Origin: Paraspadella gotoi
Taxonomy: Eukaryota > Animalia > Chaetognatha
Assembly (NCBI GenBank): GCA_051294375.1
Contig: CM119268.1
Span: forward strand, 20,130,531 to 20,194,530
DNA length: 64,000 nucleotides
Direction of reading: 5' to 3'
Both the position numbers and the translations under genes were made by a program. The notes under the pieces are model-generated. The model did not search any database. It had not been told where the DNA came from and saw nothing but the letters and a program-made list of their open reading frames with translations. Below, in pieces: positions 24,401 through 37,805 of the stretch. Positions within the stretch are counted from its first letter, which is position 1, and each line of letters opens with the position of its first letter.

Positions 24401-27400
24401 AACATTCTTACCATAATTCTAAGTACTATTACAGATATAAAAGCTACAACTACCTACTATGACTACTATATGATATCTATTTATACTATAATATAATTAT
24501 AATAACAATCATGATAACCATATTGACCACAACAATTATAATGATAAAAAAAAATCATTCCCACACCAAACACGCAAAAACCTCAACTACTATTACTACC
24601 ACGAATACTTCTACAAGCACTACAATAATAATAAAAAACTAACTGTAATATCATTATTTTTCTTCAATCTTTAATTATATATATATATTTTTTTATTAAT
24701 TAATCTATTAATTAATTAATTATCGTAGGTATATCCGACATTGTTTGCTCAAACTTGTTTTATAAGGGAAGCACGTTTTTATAATATAATTTTTTTTTTA
24801 AATTTACTTACTTTTGGCTAACAGATTTTATCATCAATTTTTATTTACCTGTTTTAGTTCTTTGTTGCTGTAAAAATCAAAAGTATGTGTAATTTTGGTA
24901 AAAATTGGCTGAAAATTATTTGTCCTGATTAAATTATGATAAAATAATTCAACTAATGGCATTTAATATGTGCTTTATAATAATGTGCTGAATAAAATCA
25001 TTTGACTTAAAATAAGTCTTATATGAACTGAGATATGACTCAAATAAATTAAAAATTACAATTTTTAAAGATTTTTGGGGCTTTTTTTGGTAGTATCTCA
25101 ATAAATATTTATCGTAAACAGTTGGCAAAATAAAGGTCACTTCTTATAGTTTCTAGTCCATATATATTAAGTAAAATTATATCATATCATTATGGTAAAT
25201 TATTTAGAAATTTAATTAATATTTTTTCAAATTTTTTTTTAAGCTTGAAGAAAAATTTTATTTATGAATTAATTGAAAGAAGAGTGACTAGAAAACTCGT
25301 TGGTATCCACAATTTTTTAGATTAAAGTCTTATTAGATTCTCAATAATGCTCACCATTTCATTACTTTTTAAAGAAAAAAATAATATATTGTGGCGGTAT
25401 ATTCACACCGCCTCACGTCCACCATCCGTCAGCCAAATCCATTGGCTCAGAGGGGGAACACACCATCCCAGGTGTAGTGTTCCATCCACAGTCCTAACGA
25501 CTTCCCTCTGCGTTGGCAAAGCGAGACCGTCCTAGGGTAACCGCGCCAGTGACTGGAGGCGTCACTGAGGGTCGGAAGCCCCCAAAGCCAACAGTGAGAT
25601 GCCCCATCCCAATGGGCATCACAGGCAACCCGGCTGTTGCCATAATATTTTGATTAATAACTTTTTAGCCAAAAGTCGCAGAAAGTTAGGAGTGGTCTTA
25701 AAATAAAGCTCTCGGTTTACTGATATCGTTTGACATATAGATGTTTGAATTAAGTCAATATTTTGCAAAATTATAACAAGAGTTATCAAATTTTCTCCAA
25801 AATTAACTTACCAACTTCAACTGCAATTAAAAAAAACTGAGTTTGGAAAAAATTTTTGACTTAGCCTAAGCTTTTCCCCTGACATCAAACTTTCAGGTTT
25901 TCATCATTCCAGAAATGGTATATTTCGATTTTCTTTTTCCTCCTATAAAAAGAACCGTGTTTGACATACAGATTTAAGAAAAAAAATTGAGTTTTAAAAT
26001 TAAACACAATTTTGTCAGATATAAAAACAATCTCCACAACTCACACAGTTTGCAAATGACGATTTTTTTTAGTGGCGGGCTGTCGTGTGTCACCTTGTAG
26101 CCCGGGTTGCTGCAATATCATTAATATTCGCTCTTACCATGATTTCAAACTTCCCTAACGACTAACTTACCTTCTTTGGTTTAAGGGGAAAGTAAGAGTT
26201 TGGCGGTGGACCCGAGGACCTGGACAATTTTTAGGGCAACGCTAATTCAAGGACAAACTAATCGAATCACATTGCACCTCTCCTATCTTTAAAATTCAGC
26301 GTTTAAACCTGTTCAAACTTCAAAGAGTTTAAATCTGCCCAATTGTAGAACCTCATTATGTTAAGGGTCAAAGGGTTCAAACCTACCCAATCATAAAACC
26401 TCACAATATATGTTTAAGAGTTCACACCTGCCCAATCGAAAAACCTCATAATGTCATTTAAGGAAAAACTCATGGATTTTTTGTATGAAATCAAAACGAG
26501 ATTTATTCTGAGACACACGCAGGAGTCCAGATCAATTCTACTGAAACTAAAGAAAGCGAGGTCTATTTATATCTAGAGAAGAGGAACAGAGGCAAGAGTT
26601 GTTTTGACAGTTCCATTGATTCAGCAAGCTGATTGGTCGATGCCATTTTCTCCTTGACCAATCACAATCCGATGATTCTAATTCTGCGGATTTTACCCGA
26701 TCCTCCGATCCGATCCGATTTTGATTCCATTCTGATTTGTATTTGATTTCACTTTAGGGGAGGTTGAGTCTCCTGCGATGATGTTATTGAACCAAAAAAT
26801 TCAAATGTGCCCAATCGTAGAAGCTCATAACATTATGGGTCAGACCTGCCCAATCGTAGAATCTCATAACATTATGGGTCAGCCCTGCCCAATCGTTGAA
26901 TCTCATAACATTATGGGTCAGACCTGCCCAATCGTAGAATCTCATAACATTATGGGTCAGACCTGCCCAATCTGAGAATCTCATAACATTATGGGTCAGC
27001 CCTGCCCAATTGTAGAATCTCATAACATTATGGGTCAGACCTGCCCAATTGTAGAATCTCATAACATTATGGTCAGCCCTGCCCAATCGTTGAATCTCAT
27101 AACATTATGGGTCAGACCTGCCCAATCGTAGAATCTCATAACATTATGGTCAGACCTGCCCAATTGTAGAATCTCATAACATTATGGGTCAGACCTGCCC
27201 AATCGTAGAATCTCATAACATTATGGGTCAGACCTGCCCTATTGTAGAATCTCATAACATTATGGGTCAGACCTGCCCAATCGCAGAATCTCATAACATT
27301 ATGGGTCAGACCTGCCCAATCGTAGAATCTCATAACATTATGGGTCAGACCTGCCCAATAGAGTGGAGCACTGGGAACATAAATTTTATTTGAGTGAACA

Positions 27401-30400
27401 AAGAAGGATATTTAGACGTGAGATAGTATGATTAAGGAGTAACAAAAATATTTTGCTTATATTGTTTGGGGAACAGTATCATTAATTAAATATATTTATA
27501 GTAATATCCTTATATAAAATCAATACTTGTCAATACACACAACACATATATATACACTCGACTTATAATATTAAGTAATCCGATGTTTATCGTGTAGCAT
27601 GTCACCCGCAACGTCTCTGGTAACCAAGCTAATCGTACGTCTCCTCGAGACTCTCTATCCTCATAAAGCCACAAGACTATATACTAGCTTCGCCTGCACT
27701 TAGCATCCGAACAGTTCTAATCATTTCCAAGTCAATCAATAGCAGCGTACACCTTACTGCAAGGATAAACCATGTCATGTAGCCTAATCACGTCACTTAT
27801 TAAAAGATATTTAATGTCCCCACTTCAACTGTCAACTCTGCTGCACGCAACTCAGCCACCAGTTTAATACAATGGGAAACAATACTAGTGCAATACGATA
27901 TGCAGAGTCTATACATCTCACTCACTCGCTCCCTCCAAAGACTTCAAAAATATAAAATATTTTATTAAAAATTTTAATGTCTTCAGCGTTAAAAATGGGA
28001 AAAAAAGGCCAAATTCTCCACTTTTTCATGCTCTGTAGTAAAAACTATTATATGATGAAACATTTTGGTCATTTTCGCAGCTTTAACCTAAAAATATCAT
28101 GTAACATATTTTACAAAAGTTTTTCATTTTTTCCGGCGAGCCCGAAACTGTTTTTAAAATTAAAAAAAATTGATTTTGAAATTTTATTATTTTATAAGGA
28201 TATTACTATAAAAACAAGTTTGAGCAAACAATGTCGGATCTGCCTATGATAATTAATTAATTAATTAATCGATTAATTAATTTTAATAATTATTTATAAT
28301 TTATGAAAATTTGCAAATTACTTGTTTCACTATTTTCTATTTTTATATTTTATGAAAGGATTTAATATTTAATCTTATTATTTAATCAAATATATATTTC
28401 TTTCTTTCTTAAAATGTTTTACTTATCTAATAATTCAATTTGGGAAGGGGAAGTCAGCTTGTCATCATCGATGTCCTTAAAATTGAGTTAGGACAGTTAT
28501 TAAATGCTTTGTTTACATTTTATCAAAACAAACAAATATCCTCTATGTTTTTTTATGTCTCCTTTCTCTCTCTCTCTCTCACTCTCTCTCTCTCTCTCTC
28601 ACTCTCTCTCTCTCACTCTCTCTCTTTCTCTCTCTCTCTCTTTTTATGCAATTGCGACGATCCTTATGCTTTTAAGATTTTTTTAACTTGCATCATTTTT
28701 TCAACTTGCATAATTTTTTCAACTTGCATTCCGTCAAAACTTTATATCTAGCTTCTTACTCACTTTCCTACCGGCTCACAAAATTTCATCTCAATCTATT
28801 ATGGGTTAAAATGAATAAAAAGATTCAAGTAAATGTTACTCATATTTTTTTCATTTAAACTCATTTCCACTGGTACTACCACACACAAAATTTCAACTCA
28901 ATCTATCCATCCAATTATGATTAATTAGAGTATTTATTGGTTAAAATAAGTAAAAGATTTTAGTAATGCGACTTATGTTTTTTCCATTTAAACTAATTTC
29001 CACTCACACGATTCCATCGAAACTTTATCACACACTTTCCTACCCACACACAAAATTTAATTCCAATCCAACCAGCCAATCACGAGTTATTGGAGCTTTT
29101 TGCTAAGATGGACGGATGGACGGATTGATTGACTAATTAATTAATTATTGATTAATTAATTGACTAATTGATTATTTAACTGATTAATTATTTGATTTAT
29201 TAATACATCCTTCATTTACATTTAATATAAAAGGAAAAAGAAGCATAATCAATTAGTGAAACAGGTTTTTTGTTTTTTTCCCTTTAAACTCATTTCCACT
29301 CAAACGATTCCATCGAAACTTGATTTCCTCTTCAATCACACACTTTCCTACCCACATACAAAATTCCAGGTCAATCAGCCCATCCACTTATGAGCAATTG
29401 GTGTTCAAATAGTGAATATATTTTTTTGTTTTTTCCATTTAAACTCATTTCCACTCGGACGATTCCATCGAAACTTCATATCCAGCTCAATCACACACTT
29501 CCCTAGCCACACACAAAATTTCATTCAAATCCATCCATCCAATCACGAGTAATTGGTGTTTTTTGCTAAGGTGGGACGGACGGACGAACGGACGGACGGA
29601 CATCATTTTTTTGCATAATTTATCATAATTCGATGTTCTGACATGATATAAGTTAGTGCCCGACAATATTGAGGGGGCGGACCGACGGACCGACAAAGTG
29701 AATTAGAGAGTCGGGATCTGCTGATAAGCAGATCCGACTAAAAATTCAATTAATGATACTATTATACAATTTTTTTTTTTGAAATAGGGCTTAATTTTTT
29801 TTATTACATATTCAAAGGCAGCAAAAAAAACATTGTTCCATCGCTCAATCTTTTCATCACTCCACCCTACTGCCCAATCGTAGAATCTCATAACATTATG
29901 GTCAGACCTGCCCAATCGATGTCTCGCCTCATAGTGCGACTCCCAAATTTGCAGCCACGATAGTCTTCGCCTTTGTACTTTGGTATTTCGCCGCTGGGAG
30001 TGTGAAATTAAAAGGAGAGAATGAATGGCAGATAGATATATTAATAGAATGATGAATATATATTATACGACGTAGTTAGAAAAATAGATAGATAGAGACA
30101 GAGATAAAAAGAAAGAAAAAGACGCCGATCCGCTAACAGTGTCCAACACCTAACCATAAATAGATACAAGATAAATAGATAGATAGATGTACAGATAGAT
30201 ATATACTATATAGATATACAGATAGAAATATAGATAGATAAATAGATATACAGATAGATAGATAGCTGGATAGATATAGATAAAAAAGATACAATACCTG
30301 ACCATCCGGACATAACTATCCGGCGCGGGATTGACACATAGTTTCCCGTCTCGTGTGATGCTATAACCGAAGCTCCTCTCTCGATCCGGAATCGTAGGGA

Positions 30401-33400
30401 CTTCGCGCTGAGCGGCGAGTTTCCACACAGTTTCTCTGAAGAACGGAAATTTTATTTTTCAACCCGTGTCAAAGGGCGCGGATGACACGAAAAGACCTCT
30501 CACCTCCCGCCCTCATGCCCTCCCCCCTAGGATTTCCCATCTTATCCCATCCCAATTCCCATTCCTTCCCTTTCGCTCTCCCATCTTTCCCTTCTTGTTC
30601 CCCTCTCCCTTTTCCTTCTTCCCCTTCCTCTCTCCTCTCATTCAACGCTTCAGCGATGATCCTTGGCAACATTTTTTTAACCTTTTTAAAAAAAAGGAAA
30701 AAAATCTTTTCCTCTCATTTTTCATGAAAGTTTAACGAGACTTCAATCTAAATGCAGATGATGGAAGTGAGAGTCGAGGCGCGGGAAGTCTCTCTCTCTC
30801 TCTCTCTCAACGCTCTCTGTGCAGATGGCGGAAGTCAGATCAGAGACACAGAACCCATGTGATACGCCGCGTTACGCTCTCCTCCTTTCCTTCCCCCTCT
30901 TTCTTCCCCTCCCCTTCTCCCGACCGCTTCGGTCTTTGTTCTCGGTTTGGATCCGTATTAAAGACTTTAACGAGGGTTGGATCCGGTGGCGGCTTCGTGG
31001 GCGGATCCATGGTCACCGCGCCTGCGCAGAGGAAAAGATAGAATAGCTTAAAGACTTTTTGATAACATTAAGGGACGGACATGTTTCGACTCTTAAGTTT
31101 TCGAGTCTTCATCAGCGTTTTGATTAGCTAAGTTTTTAGTTGATAACATTAAGTTGGTGAGAGAGAGAGAGCAAGAGAGAGAGAGAGAGAGAGAGAGAGT
31201 TTCCAACAAAGAATTGAGAAAAGGACAGTGAAGACAGGTGACATTATATAATAGGGCGGATCATATGCATATATATATATATATATGTATATATGCATAC
31301 AATTGAAACATTCTTTGAAATATTTTCCACTTCATTGATAGGGAAGCCAGGTACTCTGGGAGTGAATAAACGAGACTGTGAGAGAGTCTTGATTGAAAGC
31401 TTGCAGGGACCTGCTATGTCATTATCTTGTAAGAGTGATGGAGGCCTTAAACCACCAAAGCCTGTCCAAAGTCAGGGGCAAGATAGCTTATTTATTAAAT
31501 GAATGGATAATTTTTATATTGGTTGTACCATGCCAATTTCATGCATATAGAATTTACCAAAATATGTTGCCTGTCGGTGATTCCTTTACCTAATGTAGTT
31601 TTATTTGATATCACAATAATAATTTCCAAAAAAATATTCAGGATCTACTGCAGATTTTACATTTTTTTAAAAAATCATCAAGTGCGATCTGTGATTGGTG
31701 GAAATTGGTCACGTGACCATCAAATTTTAGTTTTGGTATTATTTTTATTTAATAAAAAGTTTTTTCTCAGTTAAGTAATGGAAATTTTATGTATTTAAAG
31801 CAATATATTAAGATTTATGAACAATATCAAAGAAAATAAGCGAGAAAAAAAAAAGCCCCTGACCGAACATATAATTGACTTATCTCTCTTATTTTCTCCT
31901 CTCTCTCTCTTTCTCTCTCTCTTTCTTTCTCTCTCTCTCTCTGAAGAAGAATTTTATCTTCTCGCACGCGGAAACTAACGTTTAGAAACTCATAGAAACA
32001 AGTTTCAGACGGACGATTGTGATTCGGTGATAAAAACGAATGAAAACAGAACCGTTTCTTAGTAAAACATTGATTCAACCTCAGCAAAAATTAACGTATA
32101 GAGAGAAATTTGTACTTAAGTGATAGAAGGAGAAGACGAGGCGAGATATTCTTCACTTTCTCTCATTTAAAAATTGTAAATTTCAGATAAAAAAAGGAAT
32201 AAAATTATATTACGGATTTCCCATTTAATATTTTAAGAATCAAGATTTTTTCCTTCATCAAAATTGAGGAGTAACTTGTTTTGAACTTGTTCTTTCTTGT
32301 TCCTTGTTCTGAACTCCATAAAAGAGTCAATCTTTTTCACAAAGTTAAAGACTTATCTGAATGTTGACTCAATAGTTCTAAAAGGTTTTCTTGTAATAAT
32401 TATGAAATTGTTTATTATTTTCTATGCCTAGGTTGAACTAAATCTCGAATGACGTAAATGTTGAATAAATGATGAATAAATCGTGATTTTTTGGTTGCGG
32501 TTGAGTTTGTCTTCAGTTTGAATCAGCGACGTCAGAATTTGTCATGAATCCGAAGTTGAAATATATGAAGAACGAGAAGGAGTCGGCGCAGAAGACGAAG
32601 TCGGCGCGGCAGTTGATGAAGTTGGCGCAGCAGACAGTGAAGTTGGTGCGGCAGAAGATGGAGTTGGCATGGCAGACGATGGAGTCAGTGCTAGAGTTGA
32701 TGCAAGAGACGGTGCTGCAGATGGTGGTGGAGACGGCGATGGAGACAAAGGAGACAATGAAGATGTCGGCGAAGAAGACTGCGACATTGATGTAATAAGC
32801 GGCGTCGCGAAGTCAACCTTTCTTCTCCTCAGAGATTTTCGATTTTTTGTTAGAGAAGATGCGAAAACATCGTCGATCACTCCCAAATCGGAAATTATTT
32901 TTTTACAGGTCGATTGACGAGATTTTTTTAAGAAAGAGAAAAAAAAATTGTTTTGAGCAGCCAAGATAGAGGCTCACCTTACCGCCAGAACCTCTCTCTC
33001 CCCGGGCCTTCTCTTCCCCTCTCAACGCCTCCTCCTCCCCTCATCGTCCCCTCCTCTTCATCCCCGGAGTCACAGATAGAGTCTTGGAGATCGGACACTC
33101 TCTCTCAACTGCTCCTCTCGGTCTCGGGGTCTGCAAACCTTCCCTCTCCCTTCCTCCCTTTTATGTACCCTTGTTCCCTTTGTTGTAGCCATTTTACCTA
33201 TTACCAATATATTCCCTACCCTACTTACCTCTTTTCCCTGATGAGAGACTAGTTAGAACCTACCTTTAGCTAGATACCCATCTTCCCAGGCAGCAAAGCC
33301 ACGAGACGGGTTGCATAGTTTTTACGAGGCATATCTTTGTACAATACCATTTTTTTAGTAAAAACCATAACTATTGTAGACGACACCACACCGATGAAGT

Positions 33401-36400
33401 GGCCAGATATTATATATTCTCTCTCTCTCTGCCAACGATATATCGTTCAAATTTTAAGGTCACACGGTCATTTTTCTATTTTTGTATTGAACACTCTTGA
33501 ATGTTGCCTAAAATCATGTCTCTAATAAACATTTTTCCGTTTCTTCATTGGTGAGTCCTTCTCACGAACTCGCAACCACTCGTTAATTACTGCCCCACAC
33601 GCCATGCTTCTCACTTTTCTCTAAGCCGAACAGGGTACTCGAACTGCTCTGCCCTATCTACTGTCAGCGCTACTCTTTCAAAATCCAAAACCTGAAAAAA
33701 CAACTGTAAAAAGACATGTAAAAGCAAAAAATAAAGGAACAAATAGACATGGAAACACAAAAAATACTACTAATATAATAACAAAACCAATCTAAACTAT
33801 TGCAAGATGCATCAACCCAAACATTAAGGATATTTTATGATGCTGAAACGCAAACCGATTCTTCTCCCGATTCTTCTCCCGATTCTTCTCCCGACCCTTC
33901 TAACGATTCCTCTACCAATCCGTCTCCTGACCAAATTAGCGCTCTCTATGTCAAAGTTGAGCCATCAAAATCTTGTCAGAAAGATGAACAATCCCAGCTA
34001 TGTCCCACCTTACCGCCGTCCTTCGCCAACCCCCAATGAGGAATAGGAATAGGAATAGGAATATCTCTTGGCGACGCCTGAAAAACTTTTCTACCGGCAC
34101 AATTCCGGGTTTTATGGACTTAAACGATGAGCATCTCCGTATCCCATCTGTGTCTTGCTGGGGGGATGTGTGGACGACACCACACCGATTAAGTGGCCAG
34201 ATATTTTGGTCGAAGATTTTTACCATGATCTCTCTCTCTCTCTCCTGTAACTCGCGACGCGGCAAATATGAAGTCTCCAACGATATATTGTTCAAATTTT
34301 AAGGTCACACGGTCATTTTTCTATTATAAAAAGCGAGACTTTGTATTGAACACTCTTGAAGGTCGCCTAAAATCATGTCTCTAATAAAACATTTCCCATT
34401 TCTTCACTATTTTCTTTTATTATTTTCTTAATTTTATATTTGAATCTTCCCAGATCTGTGCTAAAATTTTAATAACAATAATTTTTTCCTGAATGACGTG
34501 AAGGATAATGCTTTAAAGTTTAAAACCTTTAATAATTTTCGATACTAATCATATTAATTATTATAATTAGAATATTTATTTATATTTTTTTCAAAAAATA
34601 TAAATTTTAAGAGTTACTATCTGTATGTAAAAATAAATATTACTGTTAAGATAAGATAATGCAGATTTTAATTTATTTGCCAATATTTCGATTTATATTG
34701 AGAAATCATTTGTCCTTTAATCTCATTTGCATATTATAGTGCGGTTAAATTTTAAAACGTAAATATTCAATAATGCGCTTTACATTTAAAAAAAATTAAC
34801 TTCATATACATATTTAAGTACATGGAAGGTACAGGAATCACAGACAGGCAAGGCCTAACTCGGAAATCGATCCGGCCTACTGTTGACCAAATTATGCCAG
34901 TTGACCATATTATGTCAGTTGACCAAATTATGCCAGTTGACCAAATAATGCAAGTTCATTAAATTATGGAAGTTGATTAAATTATGCAAGTTGATTGAAT
35001 TATGCAAGTTGACCAAATTATGCCGGTTGCCAAATTATGCCAGTTAACCTAATTATGTCAGTTGACCAAATTAAGCAAGTTAACCAAATTATGCCAGTTG
35101 ACCTATTCATGCCAGTTAACCAAATTATGCCAGTTGATCAAATTACATCACTTGACCAAATAATGCCAGTTGATTTAATTATGCAAGTTGATGAAATTAT
35201 GAAAGTTGACCAAATTATGCAAGTTGGTATTGGCACAGCTACTGGTAATGATTGATAGGTCAATTGATTTATAGATTTTTTAAAAGATTTATTAAGAAGT
35301 CTGTTATGATTTGTTATAATCACAAATTGAGAGTCAGAAAAGTTGCCATGATTAATCATCAGATTAGCTTATTACTGCTTAATTATCGTAGGCAGATCCA
35401 ACATTATTTGCTCAAACTTGTTTTTAAGCAAGATTCTCGCCTACTATATAAAAAAAAATTTTTTTTTAAATCTTAAAATTTTTTGATGGATTCTGATAAG
35501 AGCATAAAGAGTTAAACAAGAAATATTATTACAGCTTTTTAAAATTCTTACGTTTTCTCAGTAAAAATCTAAAAAAACTGACAAAATCATCCAAAGATGA
35601 TGATGATAATGATTTTATTTTTTTTTTAACCTACTTATGATGAAAATATATAAAAAATAATTATACATTGTACTTTTTATGAGCTATCTGAATCTGGTCT
35701 TAAAATTTAAAATTTCTCAAAAAAAATTTTAGCCTTTTAAAGATAAAAATAAATCGCGAACTAAGTTTTAAGCGGCAGCCAAATTCGGCGAAAATCTTAA
35801 TAGGCGAGAATGTTGAAAAAAGGGAGAGGAATTTTGGTTGTTTTTGTTTAATTTCTCCTAAACGCATTGGCCAATTTAGATGTAACTTAAGATTTAAATT
35901 ATTCCAGTCATTTTCTATCCAAAAATATAAAAATATTATGAAAAAAGGTAGATAGGGAACCCAGGTAATGAGGGAGTGAATTAACAAGACTGTCAGAGTC
36001 TTGATTGAAAGCTTGTAAGATTGATGAAGGGCTTAAACCACCAAAGCCTGTCAAAAGTCAGGGAGAAGATGTAACTTTTAGCTTATATAACTTATATAAC
36101 TTATATATAGCTTAGTTATTGAATGCATTCACGAACAAACCTTTTTCCATCCATCTCGTTTTTCTCATGATGTCGTAGGTCCCTGGCCCCGGTACATCGT
36201 TCGCTTTGTACACGAATCTGAAGGGGGTGAAAAAAAATCTTAAATGTATAGTGATCTCGCCAGACCTTACTATCAAAGAAAATTAATGAAAAAGTACTAT
36301 AATCTAATTTGCATATTGTAGTAAATCATAATTAAATGGAAATTCAAACAAAAAATATTTGAATAGATATAAAACCAATAAAATGAATACACATTTCAAC

Positions 36401-37769
36401 TTCCTCACTGCCTCACTAATGGAACTTGATACTTAAATTATGTAGGTTGAAAAAATTATGCAAGTTGAAAAAAATTATGCAAGTTAAAAAATTATGCAAG
36501 TTTGAAAAAAAGAAATGCATATTAAAAAAAATTATGCAAGTTAAAAAAATTATGCAAGTTGAATAAATTATGCAAGTTGAAAAAATTATGCAAGTTGAAA
36601 AAATTATGCACGTTAAAAAATTATGCAAGTTAAAAAAAATATGCTACTTGAAAAAATTATGCAAGTTGAAAAAATTATACAAGTTGAAAAAATTATGCAA
36701 GTTGAAAAAATTATGCAAGTTAAAAAAATTATGCAAGTTAAAAAAATTATGCAAGTTAAAAAATTATGCAAGTTGAAAAAATTATGCAAATTAAAAAAAT
36801 TATGCAAGTTGAATAAATTATGCAAGTTGAAAAAATTATGCAAGTTAAAAAAAATATGCTACTTGAAAAAATTATGCAAGTTGAAAAAATTACACAAGTT
36901 GAAAAATTATGCAAGTTGAAAAAATTATGCAAGTTGAAAAAAAAATGCAAGTTATAAAATTATACAAGTCTTGGCGAGATAATGTGAAGGCCTGTCTTTT
37001 TTGTGACGTAGTCGTCGTCGTCAACGTCGTCATTGTCGTCACGCTGTTTTTATATAAAAACTACTACGCTTTTATAGTTTTGGCTGGGATTTAACTTTTT
37101 TTTTAAAATAAAAATTATTAGAAATTACGATAAAGTTTTATAAATGTGTGTGATCGTAGTAAGTTAAAAATTTTAGATATGGGTTCTCATCTTAAAAAAG
37201 CTTTGAAATTTTTATATTACATTTGGATTCAAGTATTTTTTGTTTAAATTTCCACTTCATTATGATTTACTGCAATATGCAAATAAGATTATAGTACTCA
37301 TTATAATATCCAAATTAGAATATAGAAATGCTTTAATCTAATTTACATATTACAGTAAATAATATTGAAGATGAAATTCATATAATTTTTTTTTGAATCT
37401 ATAATAAACATGGGAAATCAAAAGACCTTTTTAATAAGAAGCTATATCATAATTTTAAAAAAATAAAAATAAAATCTTTTACAACCTATGATCGGAAAAA
37501 ATTGTAACAATTTCCAATTGTAAACCATTGTAACATTTTTTGCCTTTCTTTTATTAATTTTTTAATTATATATATTTCTCTTTCCGTCTCTATCTCCGTC
37601 TCTTTCCGTCTCTCTCCGTCTGTCTCTGTCTCTCTCTGTGTATGTCTGTCGCTCTCTGTACGATCTTGCGTGATCGTTCATTTTTTGAAAAATTCTGATT
37701 ATTTTTTTCTTTATAAAGAAAAAAAAATTTAGGCGCTGCCTTTTTTGAATCGTTTGAAAACGAGTTCAG

Positions 37770-37805
<36 letters not shown>

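Noticed and set aside
26808-27359. CRISPR-like array or repeat-protein ORFs (GQTCPIVESHNIM)n
   Set aside because: Units are contiguous with no unique spacers, 38-bp variants break the frame, and the context is eukaryotic.
27593-27871. Solo LTR (TGTAG...AATACA)
   Set aside because: The TSD is imperfect (ATCG vs ATGG) and there is no second copy in the window.
32542-32964. Ser/Ala/Pro-rich ORF
   Set aside because: Degenerate 21-bp repeats within TE-related sequence; no homology recognised.
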